Assembly (NCBI GenBank): GCA_029550865.1
Contig: JAKPGM010000038.1
Coordinates: 6,628-70,627, forward strand
Source of the DNA: Bacteroidota bacterium
Lineage (GTDB): Bacteria; Bacteroidota; Bacteroidia; Bacteroidales; DTGW01
DNA length: 64,000 bases
Reading direction: 5' to 3'
Under the pieces are notes generated by a model that made no database searches, had not been told where the DNA came from, and saw nothing but the letters and a program-made list of their open reading frames with translations. The position numbers and the translations under genes were made by a program. Shown here piece by piece: positions 11,415-23,122 of this stretch. The stretch's first letter is position 1. Each line of letters opens with the position of its first letter.

Positions 11415-11756
11415 TTATAAAATTTTATCAATTTCGGTCACGGGTTGTCCAATAATAGCTTTTTCTTCGGTAACAAGGATTGGGCGTTGTAGCAGACGTG
11501 GGTTTTTAGAAAGGATATCTATCCATTCTTCGTCCGATAGGTTTTTATTTTTAAGTTCCTTTTTGTACAATTCTTCCTGGGTTCGCACCAGATCGATGGG
11601 GCGTTTACCTGATTTGTACAAAATATCCCGAATTTCATCGGCCGTTATACCTTTTTCCATGTATTTTATGATGGTAAAATTAGAAGTTTTCTCCTGGAGG
11701 TATGCCAGGCCTGCACAGCTTTTTTTGCAACGGGGATTATGATATATTTTGATCAT
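11415..11756 (-). CDS. ArsC/Spx family thioredoxin-fold protein
   Basis: [10 protein letters not shown]...LLQRPILV. Its start overlaps the prfB stop (ATGA). Confidence 0.9.
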   Translation of the reverse strand: MIKIYHNPRCKKSCAGLAYLQEKTSNFTIIKYMEKGITADEIRDILYKSGKRPIDLVRTQEELYKKELKNKNLSDEEWIDILSKNPRLLQRPILVTEEKAIIGQPVTEIDKIL

Positions 11757-12887
11757 GACTGAGGTTCTTTTAAATCTTTTCGATAGTTGATTATTTCATT
11801 GCTTCCGCCATACTCCATGAGATATGCTTTGATAAAGGCATCGAGGTCGCCATCAAGCACGTCTTGAGCATTGGAGGTTTCATAGTCGGTCCGCAAATCT
11901 TTGACCAGTTTGTAAGGATGCAACACATAATTTCGGATTTGTGACCCCCATTCGATTTTCATTTTTTTACCTTCGAGTTCAGCTTGTTTTTCACGTCGTT
12001 TTTGCAGCTCAAGCTCGTATAGCATCGATTTAAGAATGCGGAGGGCATTTTCTTTATTTTTTAACTGCGACCGATCTTCCTGATTTTCGATGACGATGCC
12101 AGTAGGGGCGTGTCGGAGTCGGACTGCTGTTTCCACCTTATTCACATTCTGGCCTCCTGCGCCGGAAGAACGATAGGTCTCCCAGGTAATATCGGCTGGG
12201 TTAATCACAATTTCAATAGTATCGTCGATGAGGGGAGATACGAATACCGATGCAAAAGAAGTATGACGACGTGCATTCGCATCGTAGGGGGATATGCGAA
12301 CCAGGCGATGGACACCATTTTCACCTTTGAGGTAGCCGTAAGCGTATTCGCCGTCGATTTCAAGGGTCGCCGATTTGATGCCAGCTTCTTCGCCTTTTAG
12401 TATGTCGATGATTTTCACCTTATAGCCATGGCGTTCGGCGTAACGTAGATACATACGCATGAGCATTTCAGCCCAGTCCTGGCTTTCGGTACCTCCTGCC
12501 CCGCTGTTAATTTTCAAAATAGCACCGAAACGATCTTCTTCATTGCGAAGCATGTTGCGCATTTCAAGATCTTCGACAGCTGCAAGCGTTTCGGCATATT
12601 GCCTATCAAGTTCCTCTTCCGTAGCTTCACCAACTTCGAAGAATTCAGCCAATAGTTCCAGATCGTCGACGGCTGTTTTTACTTTTTCGTAAGCTGTTGT
12701 CCATTGCTTAAGACTAGCAATTTTCTTCAGTTGTTGTTCGGCAGCTTTTGGATCATCCCAGAAATCAGGAGCATGTGTTTTTTGTTCTTCCTCCTCAATT
12801 TCAATGAGTTTGTTGTCGATGTCAAAGATACCTCCTGAGGGCTTCCTCGCGTTCACGTAAAGCTTTTATCTGCTCGTCCGTTACCAT
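11753..12887 (-). CDS. prfB: Peptide chain release factor 2, with programmed +1 frameshift
   Basis: The ATG at 12887 gives [21 protein letters not shown], then CTT TGA C; the +1 frame continues DIDNK. SPY (SPF-like) and GGQ motifs are present. TACCTTTG box at 12909-12916. Confidence 0.97.
12821..12836 (-). promoter_or_regulatory. prfB frameshift cassette (internal SD plus slippery stop)
   Basis: Minus strand reads AGGAGG-TAT-CTTTGAC. Confidence 0.95.
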
Positions 12888-12962
12888 ACATCCTGTTTTT
12901 TAGAATGGCAAAGGTACGAGAAATAATTTTTATTGCCAAAGATATGCGGTAGATGTTGTTTT

Positions 12963-14408
12963 TCAAGCCTGAATAGCAGGTAGTTCACAGTAAAACTTAC
13001 TGCCAACTCCCGGGGTGCTTTCCACAAAAATATTACCCTGGTGAATAGTTATTAATTCCTTACATAGCAATAAGCCTAACCCGCTTCCTTTTTCATTTTT
13101 CGTACCCGACGTAGAGATACTTGAAAGGGTAAACAGTATAGGAATTACTTCTGGCTTTATTCCCTTACCATTGTCTTCAATACAAATAATTAGTTTATTT
13201 TCAGATGTTTTCGACCATATTTTAATAAATCCTCCTTCGGGAGTAAATTTAATGGCATTACCTGTAACGTTGCGAATCACGGTTTTAATGATGTTTTTAT
13301 CAAGCGTCCATTCAGCCTTTTTGTCTATGTTGTTCAAGATGGTTATGTTTTTATTGTGTGCCTAATTGAAAAGAATTTCAATGGTTTCATCGACTAATTC
13401 GAATACGTTTAGCTTTTGAGGGTTAAAACTAATTTTGCCCGTTTGGGCGAGCGACCATTCGAGCAGATTCTCAAGTAATTCGTAAGCATTTTTACCGGCT
13501 TCGTAAAGCATTTTTGCCATTTCTTCAACGTTTTCCGGGGTATGATTTTGCGTTGCCAGCATTTCCGATAGTGCCATGATGGCGTGAAGTGGATTTTTTA
13601 AATCGTGGGCAATAATCGAAAATAGCTTATCCTTGGTTTTAAGCAAGTCTTGCTTTTGCTTTTCGACAATTGTGCGTTCGGTAATATCGGTGGCTGTTAT
13701 TAATACAAGTGTTTCGTTCTTGTTATTAATAATCCCCGAGCGTGCCTCAAACCAACGAAGTCCCTTTTGTGTTTCCAGGCTATATTCGAGGGTTTGTGAT
13801 ACCCCCGATTGCAGGGTTTGGGTGATGAAACGCATAAAGTAATCAGCCATATCGTTCGGAAATATTTCGCGTAGATTACGATTTAATATGTACTGGCTAC
13901 TTAAGTATAGCAACGATTCATCGTTGGCCATAACTTTTTTTATCATTCCTTCGGGGGTAATAATAAAAAGTAATACAGGCAGGGCTTGAATGATACTGTT
14001 CAGGTAATGCTCTGTGGTTACTAGTTGTTCTTCATATTGCTTTTGTGTTGTAATATCTATCTTAAGCGAAATGAAATGTTCAATAATATTGTGAGAGTTT
14101 TTGAGTGGATAAATGTACTGTTGTTCCCAATACAATTCGCCATTTTTCTTTTTGTTACAAAAAACATCCTTCCACGGTTGTCCCGAAAGGAGGGTGTCCC
14201 ACATTTTTTTATAGTAATCGCTGGAATGAATCCCAGATTTCAACAGGTTGGGATTTTTTCCAATGAGCTCATTCTTAGGATATCCTGTGGTATTACAAAA
14301 CGTTTGGTTAACATATTCGATGATTCCATGGGGGTCAGTGATTACTACGCCAACAGGGCTTTCTTCAAAAATATTATGCAGCTGTAAACGTCCAATATAG
14401 TCGTTCAT
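12963..14408 (-). pseudogene. PAS-PAS-HisKA-HATPase sensor kinase interrupted by one in-frame TAG (13362-13364)
   Basis: The two listed ORFs are in the same frame: ...EILFN*AHNKNITILNNIDK... The H-box AHDLKNP lies before the stop; the N/G1/F/G2 boxes lie after it. Confidence 0.8.
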
Positions 14409-14913
14409 ACATTATTAGTTTATTGCAAGATAGGAGTTTGCATGAAACCCACAAAAACACATTCAAAAATTTAATGGATGAGAAAGCAAATGTAAGTTGC
14501 GGAATTCTGCAATTTGAACATTACTTATTATAACAAATTTAATATAATTATGGAATAAATGCCAAATAATCTACTTCATGTTGCCTTATGATAAGCGAAT
14601 GAAAGACTATGCATCAAAGTGTTGTACCAGTGTATGTTATGGAAAAATTTTAATCCGGTTCTTAATTATTGCCTATGAACTTGGGTAATACATAGCCGTG
14701 ATAAACAAGTAATCTCGTAGTTACATTAAGGTTAAACTACTTGGTAGGGATTTTTTGAATGATACATTCAATTTGAAAAAAAATCAGTCATTAGTAAAGA
14801 GTACAAAATTAGAAAAAGCAATACTTTATTGGGTTACTTCCCAAAAATTGACAAATGAGGAATATTCTCAGGTTTTGCTTTTTTGTAAAATCATTGGCAC
14901 AAATTATAGAATG

Positions 14914-17900
14914 TTATTGTGTAAGGGTAAATCGTATGCTGAATCCAAATTTCGTATTGATGGTTTTATAGGAGCTTGAAATATGTGGATCGGTGAGCAG
15001 TCGATCGTAAAATGCCTGCAGGGTTAGCCTATCGCTCAGCTGGTAATCAGCGGTAAAGGATATTTTGATATTTTTATTTCCATTGGTGACTTTCTGATCG
15101 GAAATATCGAGACGTCGAATGAAAAACAAGTCGTCGCGAATAGAGATATCGGCACGCAGGTCGAGGTCGCTTTTGACGGGACTGTTCACTGCACCAAAAG
15201 TAATCATGGTAAGGGGTATGTCGGGGAAGCGATAACCAGAGCCGAATACGTATTCCGTTGCATAATTTTCGTTGAGGGTATAATTGGTCAGTCCCAGCAT
15301 GACGGTGCGACTCTTTTTGTACTCAAATCGTGCAGTAAGATTGTTTTTTAGGGTAACATCTACCCCAAATAGAGGGCTAAATTGTTCATTGATGGTTATT
15401 GAGCTTACATCGTACATAGGAGCATAATTACCCAGCTGGTCTCTGATATTACTGAATCCATCGGGGCCTTCCTGATAAATGGAATTAGTTACATAAGAGC
15501 CAATGTTGTATGTTGATGCATAGGCATGGCTTATGTTGATGGATTGGAAGTATTCAGCCAGCAACGGAATTTGCGTAAGCGAGGTAATGTTTACCCGCCA
15601 ATTGGGTCGTACGTACATGAGCGAAGGGAAAAGATCGAGCGTGAAGTTATTGGGGTCGTATCCACCATAGGTAGCTAAAAAGGCAGGTATTAACACTTGT
15701 TGTGAATTTTCCTTAAAGCCAGGGTCGGTTACAGGGTCATTTTGGTATGAAGGGAAATTGGCATACTTTTCCTGAAGTCGTGCAATGATTCGGTAGCGGT
15801 TTTCCTTAAATTTTGAAAAATATTTTGATTGGTTATAGTTATTGGCATTAAGGTTTTCAAACGAACCGAGCGAAATTATGGTCATGCTAAAATTGCCCGA
15901 AACAATAGGTTTGGCAAAATGTAACAGGTAGTTGGTGTCGTTTCGGAAGGGTAGATAGCTGGCATTTTTATTGATTGAACGGGAGTAGTTAGTATTAAGT
16001 TCAACACGAACACCCGGGAAAGGTTCGTAATTGGCTCTAAAGCTGATGGTTTTGGTGGTAGTTTGTAGCAGGTTTGTTTGTAGTAGGGTATTTGAAACAA
16101 TCCAATCGTTTTCCACCATTTTGCGGATATTGTTATCGTTTTGGTCGCCGAGGATAAAAGGAATACCTGGGGCTGCCCCCGACATTCCCAGGAATTTAGT
16201 GCCTCGTTTGTACCCCGAAAGGGAAGTACCGTTGGTTTCGGTATAGGAACCATTAACCGATTTTAGTCCTATCAGGAGTCGGGCGGTGTTCCGTACTATC
16301 CATACGAAGGGATTCGGACCTACATCCACTTTGCCTTCTACGCGAACATAAGCCACCGCCACATCCTTTTCGGGGGTAAAGACTACACGATTGATTGAAG
16401 GAACCTCGAGGGTACCCTTAACTTCATTACCGTTTTCGTCGGTAACCTTTACTACAACATCTTGCGTTTTGAGATTGTGCGAAATATTGCGTGGCGTTTG
16501 TGCTTTAAGATTAAAGTATCGTCTGTCGAATGTAACTGTCTTTTTCTCTTTTTGCTGTTGACCTCCCTGTCGACCCTGTTGTTGTATGTCGCGTAGGAAG
16601 GAAATTTTATTATATAGCGTATTCAGACTAATATTTCCAGTGAGCTGTATCGAGCGGGTATTGCCAATGCTATTACCCAGATCGGTGTAATTTCCGTTTT
16701 CATCGGTAAATTTTGGTTGAAGTTGCCAGTCGTAGCTTCCACTATAACGTGCCGAGGCTGATGTCCAATCAAGCAGGGGGAGTTTGTTGATGGGTATGTT
16801 GTAGTTGATATTAAATTGATGGGTATAACGTCGGTTATGTCCTCCATTTTTAATTTGTCGCCATTTATCGTATCGAGGACTTGTTCGCAGAGAAGAATCC
16901 ATGGTACGATCCCACTCATCGATGTAAGCGTAGTTTGTAGCTGAAAAATCAATTTTTATCGAACGCGACAGGTCGTATTTTACATCGTACATGCGATTCC
17001 ACAGAAAACTTTTTTCGATGGTGAGCGGAATATCCAGGCCATTTTTTGCCAGATTTCGAAGTTGTAAGGTATGATAATCACGGGTAATGTTTGTCCGAAA
17101 TGCAACGCTGGTAGGAGCATAGTAAAAATTAAAATCGCGGATAAGTCGAAAATAAGGTTTATTAAAGAAATTTATTTTTTGGAAAGGAGCAATATTTTTT
17201 GGTCTATTATTGAAAATGTAGTTAAAGCTCCCTTCGTGGTGATAGAGGTTGTTGTATTCGGTTTTATAATTTGAAGCCAATTGTTCGTAATACCCGTAGC
17301 TAACCGAGAAATTGGCAGGGTCGTAAAACTTAGGGGTACGACTGGTTTTATTAACTTTAACATTTGTAAAGTTAATGCTGCGACGCAAAACTCGATCGAT
17401 AGAAATACGCAGAATGCTATCCCGAATGCGTTTGTTTGGGGCATTGTCGAGGGCTGCTTGCAAGGGGATATCGGGGTCAAGCGGATTGTACTGAGGTTTG
17501 ATGGTTGTTTGCGAGTAGGCCATGTATAATGGAATTTGTACCTGGGCTTTTGTTGGGAAAAACTTTCCCAGTTCAAAGTCACCCGACAGGTCGTACTGGT
17601 CGGTTTGCGCTTTTTCGCGGTCATTTACCTTTGATTCAAGACTACCAAAGCCGGGTTGTATGGTACTTCCAGCAACACGAATGTTTCCAAGATCGGCCAG
17701 TTTAATTTGGGTACGGGCGTTAGCTGCCCATCCTCCTTTGTCACTAAAGTCGGTGAGCCGTAATTCATTTACCCAAACTTCGGCCGACTTAGGTAAGCCA
17801 TCGTTGGGATAAGGATTATTGCGTGAGGTAGGATTGCGTACACCAATCATAATCACGCGAATCTCACTCAGCGAAGGATTTCCACAGATGTATACATTGT

Positions 17901-20900
17901 TTTTTCCATCCTTCATATGATAAACCTGCTGCAGTGAAACATTAGCATCGTTTCGAGCCTGCTTAATTCGCTGAAAAAGATTTAAATCGATATCGAACTT
18001 ATTTTCTTCGGGCCATATTTTTTTGGGATCGGTGATATCGTTTTCCCGGGTGATTTTCATGGGAACTTCATATTCGTAGTAGTTATTTTTGTTGTCACTG
18101 CCTAAGCGTATGAAAACGGTAACATCGCCGTCGTTAAGAGGATTCAAATTATCGAGAGGTTGGCAGTGAACTTCCATTTTAAGGCGTTTATACTGACGTG
18201 CATCTACTTTTCCCGTTTTAAAAGCTGCCCGTGCATCACCGTCGGAGAGGTCACTTACTTTTAATACCATCGATTGTTCGTTCTGCAATATCAACTGTGG
18301 TTGGCTTGGGTCGGCTTCACGTTGAATCCCCGGCGGAGAGACATAATTGCTATTTTCTTCGATGTTTATGGCCTGAATATCAAATCCGCTGGCAGTCCCC
18401 TGGTCGGTAATGCCTTCACTGCCTTGCTGAAGTGAACCCAGATATTTACGCCACTCGCTTCTTACAAGGTCAAGGGTTGCAAAACGTAAAGTAGTTTTCT
18501 TGCTAAAGCCGGTGAGATACATCCGCAAGAAACGAATGGACTTGAAATCTTCTATATTGCCAACTTTACGATCGAAATTTTCGATGGGAATTTTAAATTG
18601 CAACCAACGTGCATTAACTTTTTTGCCTAAAACGTTAACGGAGGTGTTTCGTTCACTTACCACAAAGCTTTCACCGACTTTTAAATTGGGTCGTAGGTCG
18701 ATGCGGTACTCGTAGTAATTTTCCTTGTCACTGAGCGTATTATCATTATTCACATCTTCCATGTCGGGGGTTGAGTAGTTTGATTCGGATGAAGTGTTTG
18801 AACCAGCTTCAGGCGAGTTGTTTTCTACGCCGTTGTAGTCCTGATATCTTTCGTTCACATTGCTTTCGGTAGCGTCGTATGTGGGGTCACGGAAATAACG
18901 AAAATCGTCGCCTGCAGGGTCTTTTTCGAATTTTGCATAAGCTTCGGGATTGAGAATAGATTGAACCTGATTCAGGAAATTGGCGTATATCGATTTTTCA
19001 TCTTCATCATTTAATCCGTCGAGACCCAGATCCTGGTATTTCCGTAGTCCTACTCCATTGGTAAACGATTGTGTGAGCGGGTCGGTTTGGGCTATTTTTC
19101 CCCATACAGAGGTTTTTATTGGAGTTGAATCGCCGGGTATGGGGAGTCCCTGCTCAAAGCTCATCTGACCATCCTTGAGAATATCCTCGGAGATATCGCC
19201 GAGATTAAAGTATAGTTCTCCCCCTGTATTGGCCGAATCGTCAATAAATGGGTCCATCAACCAGAACTCGATATAGGAAATGTTGGCAGCTTCGAAGTCG
19301 GTAGTTTGCAAAGCTTTCATCATTCCCCCCCACCGCGTCTCGGGATTGGTAAGCTGTCCATCGGGGGTAAGATCGGTTGTAAAGTTGTAGGGTCCTCTTA
19401 TATTCGGGTAATAGGTAAGATTAAGCGTGTAAATATTGGTGGAAACCCCATTGGGTACCTGTTTGTTGGGGAAGAGCTCACTTTCAAATACCTCGCGAGC
19501 TTCGTTGGTTTGTAACCATTCCTTATGCTGTTTTACCTGGGCTGGAGTATAGCTGTTGTTGCGATAAAATGATTGGTCGATGATATACCAAGAAAGTTTC
19601 GCTCGATTGAAATTGTATCGTAAGTCATTGGAAAGAACACTTTCGGGGAAACGTGCCGGCGTGCTGGATAACGACCATCCATAAAATTGTTTGAGGTCAT
19701 ATTTGGTTTCACTTCCCTCGAAATCGTCGATATAAGCTACGCCCTTTTTACCAATAGCTTTTGACGAACCAGGAATAAGTTGTGCAAACTCACCGGTAAA
19801 GGTAATGGTAGAAGGTTCTTTGGTTTGTAACAAGGGCAATTTATCAACGAGCGTTGTTAAAAACTGTGAACGGGTACGATACGTAGTGTTAAGTCCCCAG
19901 ATGGTGTTGGAGATGGGTTCGTCTCCTATGTTAACCTTGTTGGTCAGTGGACGTTCATTCAGGTGAAGAATGGTTGCTCCGATGTTGAAGTCGTCGCTTA
20001 TTTTGTAGTCGAGATGAGTACCAATAAGGGTTTTGGTTTGGATATTGAACATGGTATTGCTTTCGAGCGATACTTTAATGGGCTGCCCCGACGACATGAC
20101 ACCACTATTGATTATTTTAACTGTTCCCATGGCATAATCAACCACGTAATCTACATTTTCGGTTAAGGGGATGCCTCCAACGGAAACTTTAACCGAGCCT
20201 TGCGGAATATTGCTTGCATTCAGGAATATCTCGGAGGAAGAGGCCGACTTGAAAGTTCCTTTTAGCTTAAATTTGTTTTTTTCGGATACCAGCTGAGCTT
20301 TGGTTTTGGTTGAGTCGTACAATTCGTAGTAAGTGTACTTTTTGCGCACCAGGGGGTCGGTAACGCCATTACGTTCCATTACCGAGTCGAGATAACGACC
20401 AAAGGGTTCTCGCATCGGAAAAATAATTCGACCATATCGTTTGTCTATAGTAATTTTGTCGAGGAAGTCAAAAACTCCATCGGGCTGGCTTTCCATCTGC
20501 GAATTTATTTTGTCGAGATTGAGGAGTCGAAGTAATATGATGTTGTTTATGTTACCTGATTTTTCGGGTATATAGTTAACATCGCTTCCTTTTGTATCGT
20601 CGCGATAAAGGACATCGAGGTAGAAATCTTCGGAGCTGATGTCGTAAGCATTGAGCGAGTAAATATTTTTCATCATCAATCGCCAGGTTTTTTGATTTGG
20701 CGAAAGGTTGGTTCCTTTTAGCATTTTGAGTACCAGCGGCATTTTCGAGGCTGTAATATCGGTCGAAAGGTCCCCTACTTTGTAAGTCTTTCCATTATAG
20801 ATATATTCGAAGGCAACACCCAGAACTTCATCGTTATTCAGGGCAGTATTCAGCGATATGTATCCCAGATTAGGGTCGTAGGAAAATTCGTTATCGTTAA

Positions 20901-22221
20901 GTTTACGAGCACTTTTGATTTTTTCGTAGTCGATACCATCGCGCAGTCCCAACTGTTTAATGGCATCATCATTTCCAGCACGAACAGCATCTTTTACCAG
21001 ATTGTAAAGGGTATTGGCTTCGTTGAAAGGAGTTTGAGCAGCATTGTTAATGCTCACTGCTGCTGGGTTACTCAGGTTCTGGGCTTCTATTTCGGCCAGG
21101 TCGGCAAAAGCGTATATAGCACGCACATTTTCGACATTTGCTTTATTGCGGTTGGTAACCCAAACTTCGATACGGGTAATGGTAATGTTGGAGGAGATGC
21201 GTGGTAAGTATTTGTGAGCGGCGTCGAATTGAGAGGCAAAAGTATGGGTAAGGAAGAAATGTTTATTTGCTTCGTATTCATCGGCATTGATTTCAAAAGG
21301 TGTTACCTGGGCACCTCCCTGTACTTGTATTACCTGTGTTTGTCCTCGCTGTTGAGAAAAAACAGTGGTCATGTTGAGCTTACCGAATTGTAGCTCAGTT
21401 TTTATACCAAAAAGGCTCTGGCTTCCGGTGATTAGTGTACCAGGAAGCGGGAGGGTTACATCACCGGCTTCAACTTTTTTCACGATGTCGTCTTCGTCAC
21501 CGTTGTATTCGAGCTTGGTTCGGTTTTCAAACTCAAACATAGCATCGGTATTGTAGCTTACACCCAGCTTGACCCGTTCTCCGATAGTTCCCGTTACGTT
21601 CATGTTGATTTTTTCATCGAAATCGAACGACCATACGGTACGCATGTTTTCCTGAATCTGAGGGTTGTTGGTAGTTGAGATGCTTCCCCCAAAGATTAGC
21701 TGGGCTTCTCCTTGCGGTATTATATTAATGGTGTTACCGCCAAACACTTTCTGGAATACCTCCCCTCCTATTGAGAATCCTTGAGAAAATCCGCGTGCGG
21801 TTGATTTTCCACCTGAGGCTTGCTGACGCCAGTATTCGCGTATTGTACGACGTAGCTCGTACTGTTGATACTCCTCCCGCGACATGGTAGCAGGTGGGCG
21901 ATAGTTGAGGTTGCCGATACGATTGGTGAAAATATATTGGTTTGTAGATGGGTCATATTGTACTTCCGAACGAACGTTGGAGGGACGTTTTAGTTGAATT
22001 CCTTCGGGTTCCTGTAAGTCGGCGGGGGGATAGGCTGGGTCATCCTTCAGACGGAACTGTGGACCTTCAGCTTTTACCGTAGTATCTTCGAGGATAGAAT
22101 CTTCCTCTGGAAGTCGTGGCTGTAGTCCACTGAAAAATGGGTAGGAGGCTTGTGTAGCAAGCCATACCGCGCCGCTGATAATAAAAATTGCTTTAAAAAA
22201 ATTTTTGTATGGTTGTGTCAT
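14914..22221 (-). CDS. sprA: T9SS outer-membrane translocon SprA/Sov
   Basis: 2435 aa with FEFENRTKLEYNGDEDDIVKKVEAG, GSQSLFGIKTELQFG and YIDDFEGS; next to ruvA. Confidence 0.95.
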   Translation of the reverse strand: MTQPYKNFFKAIFIISGAVWLATQASYPFFSGLQPRLPEEDSILEDTTVKAEGPQFRLKDDPAYPPADLQEPEGIQLKRPSNVRSEVQYDPSTNQYIFTNRIGNLNYRPPATMSREEYQQYELRRTIREYWRQQASGGKSTARGFSQGFSIGGEVFQKVFGGNTINIIPQGEAQLIFGGSISTTNNPQIQENMRTVWSFDFDEKINMNVTGTIGERVKLGVSYNTDAMFEFENRTKLEYNGDEDDIVKKVEAGDVTLPLPGTLITGSQSLFGIKTELQFGKLNMTTVFSQQRGQTQVIQVQGGAQVTPFEINADEYEANKHFFLTHTFASQFDAAHKYLPRISSNITITRIEVWVTNRNKANVENVRAIYAFADLAEIEAQNLSNPAAVSINNAAQTPFNEANTLYNLVKDAVRAGNDDAIKQLGLRDGIDYEKIKSARKLNDNEFSYDPNLGYISLNTALNNDEVLGVAFEYIYNGKTYKVGDLSTDITASKMPLVLKMLKGTNLSPNQKTWRLMMKNIYSLNAYDISSEDFYLDVLYRDDTKGSDVNYIPEKSGNINNIILLRLLNLDKINSQMESQPDGVFDFLDKITIDKRYGRIIFPMREPFGRYLDSVMERNGVTDPLVRKKYTYYELYDSTKTKAQLVSEKNKFKLKGTFKSASSSEIFLNASNIPQGSVKVSVGGIPLTENVDYVVDYAMGTVKIINSGVMSSGQPIKVSLESNTMFNIQTKTLIGTHLDYKISDDFNIGATILHLNERPLTNKVNIGDEPISNTIWGLNTTYRTRSQFLTTLVDKLPLLQTKEPSTITFTGEFAQLIPGSSKAIGKKGVAYIDDFEGSETKYDLKQFYGWSLSSTPARFPESVLSNDLRYNFNRAKLSWYIIDQSFYRNNSYTPAQVKQHKEWLQTNEAREVFESELFPNKQVPNGVSTNIYTLNLTYYPNIRGPYNFTTDLTPDGQLTNPETRWGGMMKALQTTDFEAANISYIEFWLMDPFIDDSANTGGELYFNLGDISEDILKDGQMSFEQGLPIPGDSTPIKTSVWGKIAQTDPLTQSFTNGVGLRKYQDLGLDGLNDEDEKSIYANFLNQVQSILNPEAYAKFEKDPAGDDFRYFRDPTYDATESNVNERYQDYNGVENNSPEAGSNTSSESNYSTPDMEDVNNDNTLSDKENYYEYRIDLRPNLKVGESFVVSERNTSVNVLGKKVNARWLQFKIPIENFDRKVGNIEDFKSIRFLRMYLTGFSKKTTLRFATLDLVRSEWRKYLGSLQQGSEGITDQGTASGFDIQAINIEENSNYVSPPGIQREADPSQPQLILQNEQSMVLKVSDLSDGDARAAFKTGKVDARQYKRLKMEVHCQPLDNLNPLNDGDVTVFIRLGSDNKNNYYEYEVPMKITRENDITDPKKIWPEENKFDIDLNLFQRIKQARNDANVSLQQVYHMKDGKNNVYICGNPSLSEIRVIMIGVRNPTSRNNPYPNDGLPKSAEVWVNELRLTDFSDKGGWAANARTQIKLADLGNIRVAGSTIQPGFGSLESKVNDREKAQTDQYDLSGDFELGKFFPTKAQVQIPLYMAYSQTTIKPQYNPLDPDIPLQAALDNAPNKRIRDSILRISIDRVLRRSINFTNVKVNKTSRTPKFYDPANFSVSYGYYEQLASNYKTEYNNLYHHEGSFNYIFNNRPKNIAPFQKINFFNKPYFRLIRDFNFYYAPTSVAFRTNITRDYHTLQLRNLAKNGLDIPLTIEKSFLWNRMYDVKYDLSRSIKIDFSATNYAYIDEWDRTMDSSLRTSPRYDKWRQIKNGGHNRRYTHQFNINYNIPINKLPLLDWTSASARYSGSYDWQLQPKFTDENGNYTDLGNSIGNTRSIQLTGNISLNTLYNKISFLRDIQQQGRQGGQQQKEKKTVTFDRRYFNLKAQTPRNISHNLKTQDVVVKVTDENGNEVKGTLEVPSINRVVFTPEKDVAVAYVRVEGKVDVGPNPFVWIVRNTARLLIGLKSVNGSYTETNGTSLSGYKRGTKFLGMSGAAPGIPFILGDQNDNNIRKMVENDWIVSNTLLQTNLLQTTTKTISFRANYEPFPGVRVELNTNYSRSINKNASYLPFRNDTNYLLHFAKPIVSGNFSMTIISLGSFENLNANNYNQSKYFSKFKENRYRIIARLQEKYANFPSYQNDPVTDPGFKENSQQVLIPAFLATYGGYDPNNFTLDLFPSLMYVRPNWRVNITSLTQIPLLAEYFQSINISHAYASTYNIGSYVTNSIYQEGPDGFSNIRDQLGNYAPMYDVSSITINEQFSPLFGVDVTLKNNLTARFEYKKSRTVMLGLTNYTLNENYATEYVFGSGYRFPDIPLTMITFGAVNSPVKSDLDLRADISIRDDLFFIRRLDISDQKVTNGNKNIKISFTADYQLSDRLTLQAFYDRLLTDPHISSSYKTINTKFGFSIRFTLTQ

Positions 22222-22227
22222 TTAGGT

Positions 22228-22803
22228 CTACAGTACTTTTAGTGCCATTTTTACCAGTTCTTCCACCGATAGTTGGGGATGCTGGCGGATGATGTCGCGC
22301 AGAGCTTTTTCTACCTGTTGCTTGGGAAAGCCCAGCATGACTAATGCTGATAACGCTTCATCAACAAAAGTATTGTTTGTCAAGGGAAAATTTTGTGGTA
22401 GTGCTCGGCTAATTTTATCCTTAAGCTCTACGACAAGTCGTTGTGCCGTCTTTGCTCCAATTCCTTTTATACCTTGCAACAGGGATACCTGTTCACTGGC
22501 AATTGCTTGCGTAAGCTCATCAGGGTTAAGCGCAGAAAGTATCATACGTGCCGTGTTAGCTCCAATTCCCGACACCGATAGCAAGAGTCGAAATACCTCG
22601 CGCTCTTTTTCATCCTTGAAGCCAAACAAAATATGCGCATCCTCCCGAATATGCTGGTGAATGTATAATTTTTCCTCCATTCCAGCATGCAACTGGCCAT
22701 AAGTATGCAACGTTATGTGAAGATAATAACCAATACCATTGTTATCCAGGACCAGATAAGTAGGCGTCAGAACCACTATTTTACCTATGATGTATTCGTA
22801 CAT
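22228..22803 (-). CDS. ruvA: Holliday junction branch migration protein RuvA
   Basis: HhH motifs VSGIGANTA and IKGIGAKTAQR; C-terminal ALVMLGF. TATATTTG box at 22827-22834. Confidence 0.97.
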   Translation of the reverse strand: MYEYIIGKIVVLTPTYLVLDNNGIGYYLHITLHTYGQLHAGMEEKLYIHQHIREDAHILFGFKDEKEREVFRLLLSVSGIGANTARMILSALNPDELTQAIASEQVSLLQGIKGIGAKTAQRLVVELKDKISRALPQNFPLTNNTFVDEALSALVMLGFPKQQVEKALRDIIRQHPQLSVEELVKMALKVL

Positions 22804-22944
22804 GTTGATTCGGTAAAAAACTTTGCCAAATATACATTTTTGACTAATACCGAAAAAATTAATTGAAACGACCCTGAAGCTGTATTTATATACCTATGAA
22901 AATATTTTCGTTTTTGTGCATACCGTTTTGTTGGCAAGTTCGTT

Positions 22945-22998
22945 ACATGCGAGTTCCATCCGACCACTATAAAAAATTAAAAAATGTTTTCGGATGAA
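22945..22998 (+). repeat. 54-bp dispersed palindromic repeat, copy 1
   Basis: 49/54 identical to 54436-54489; contains the inverted repeat CATCCGA...TCGGATG. Confidence 0.85.
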
Positions 22999-23122
22999 AT
23001 GATCTTGTAAGGCGGGGCAGTATTCACAAGCAATATGGAAATAATTTCATTTTTCTTGGCCTGAGTGCTCCTAATCGAGATGAATATCCCTAAAAAAAGG
23101 TGAAATTATAGGATATTAGATA

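Noticed and set aside
14755-14979. 74-aa ORF in the AT-rich spacer next to sprA
   Set aside because: TTG start, overlaps the sprA 3' end on the opposite strand, and has no recognisable motif.
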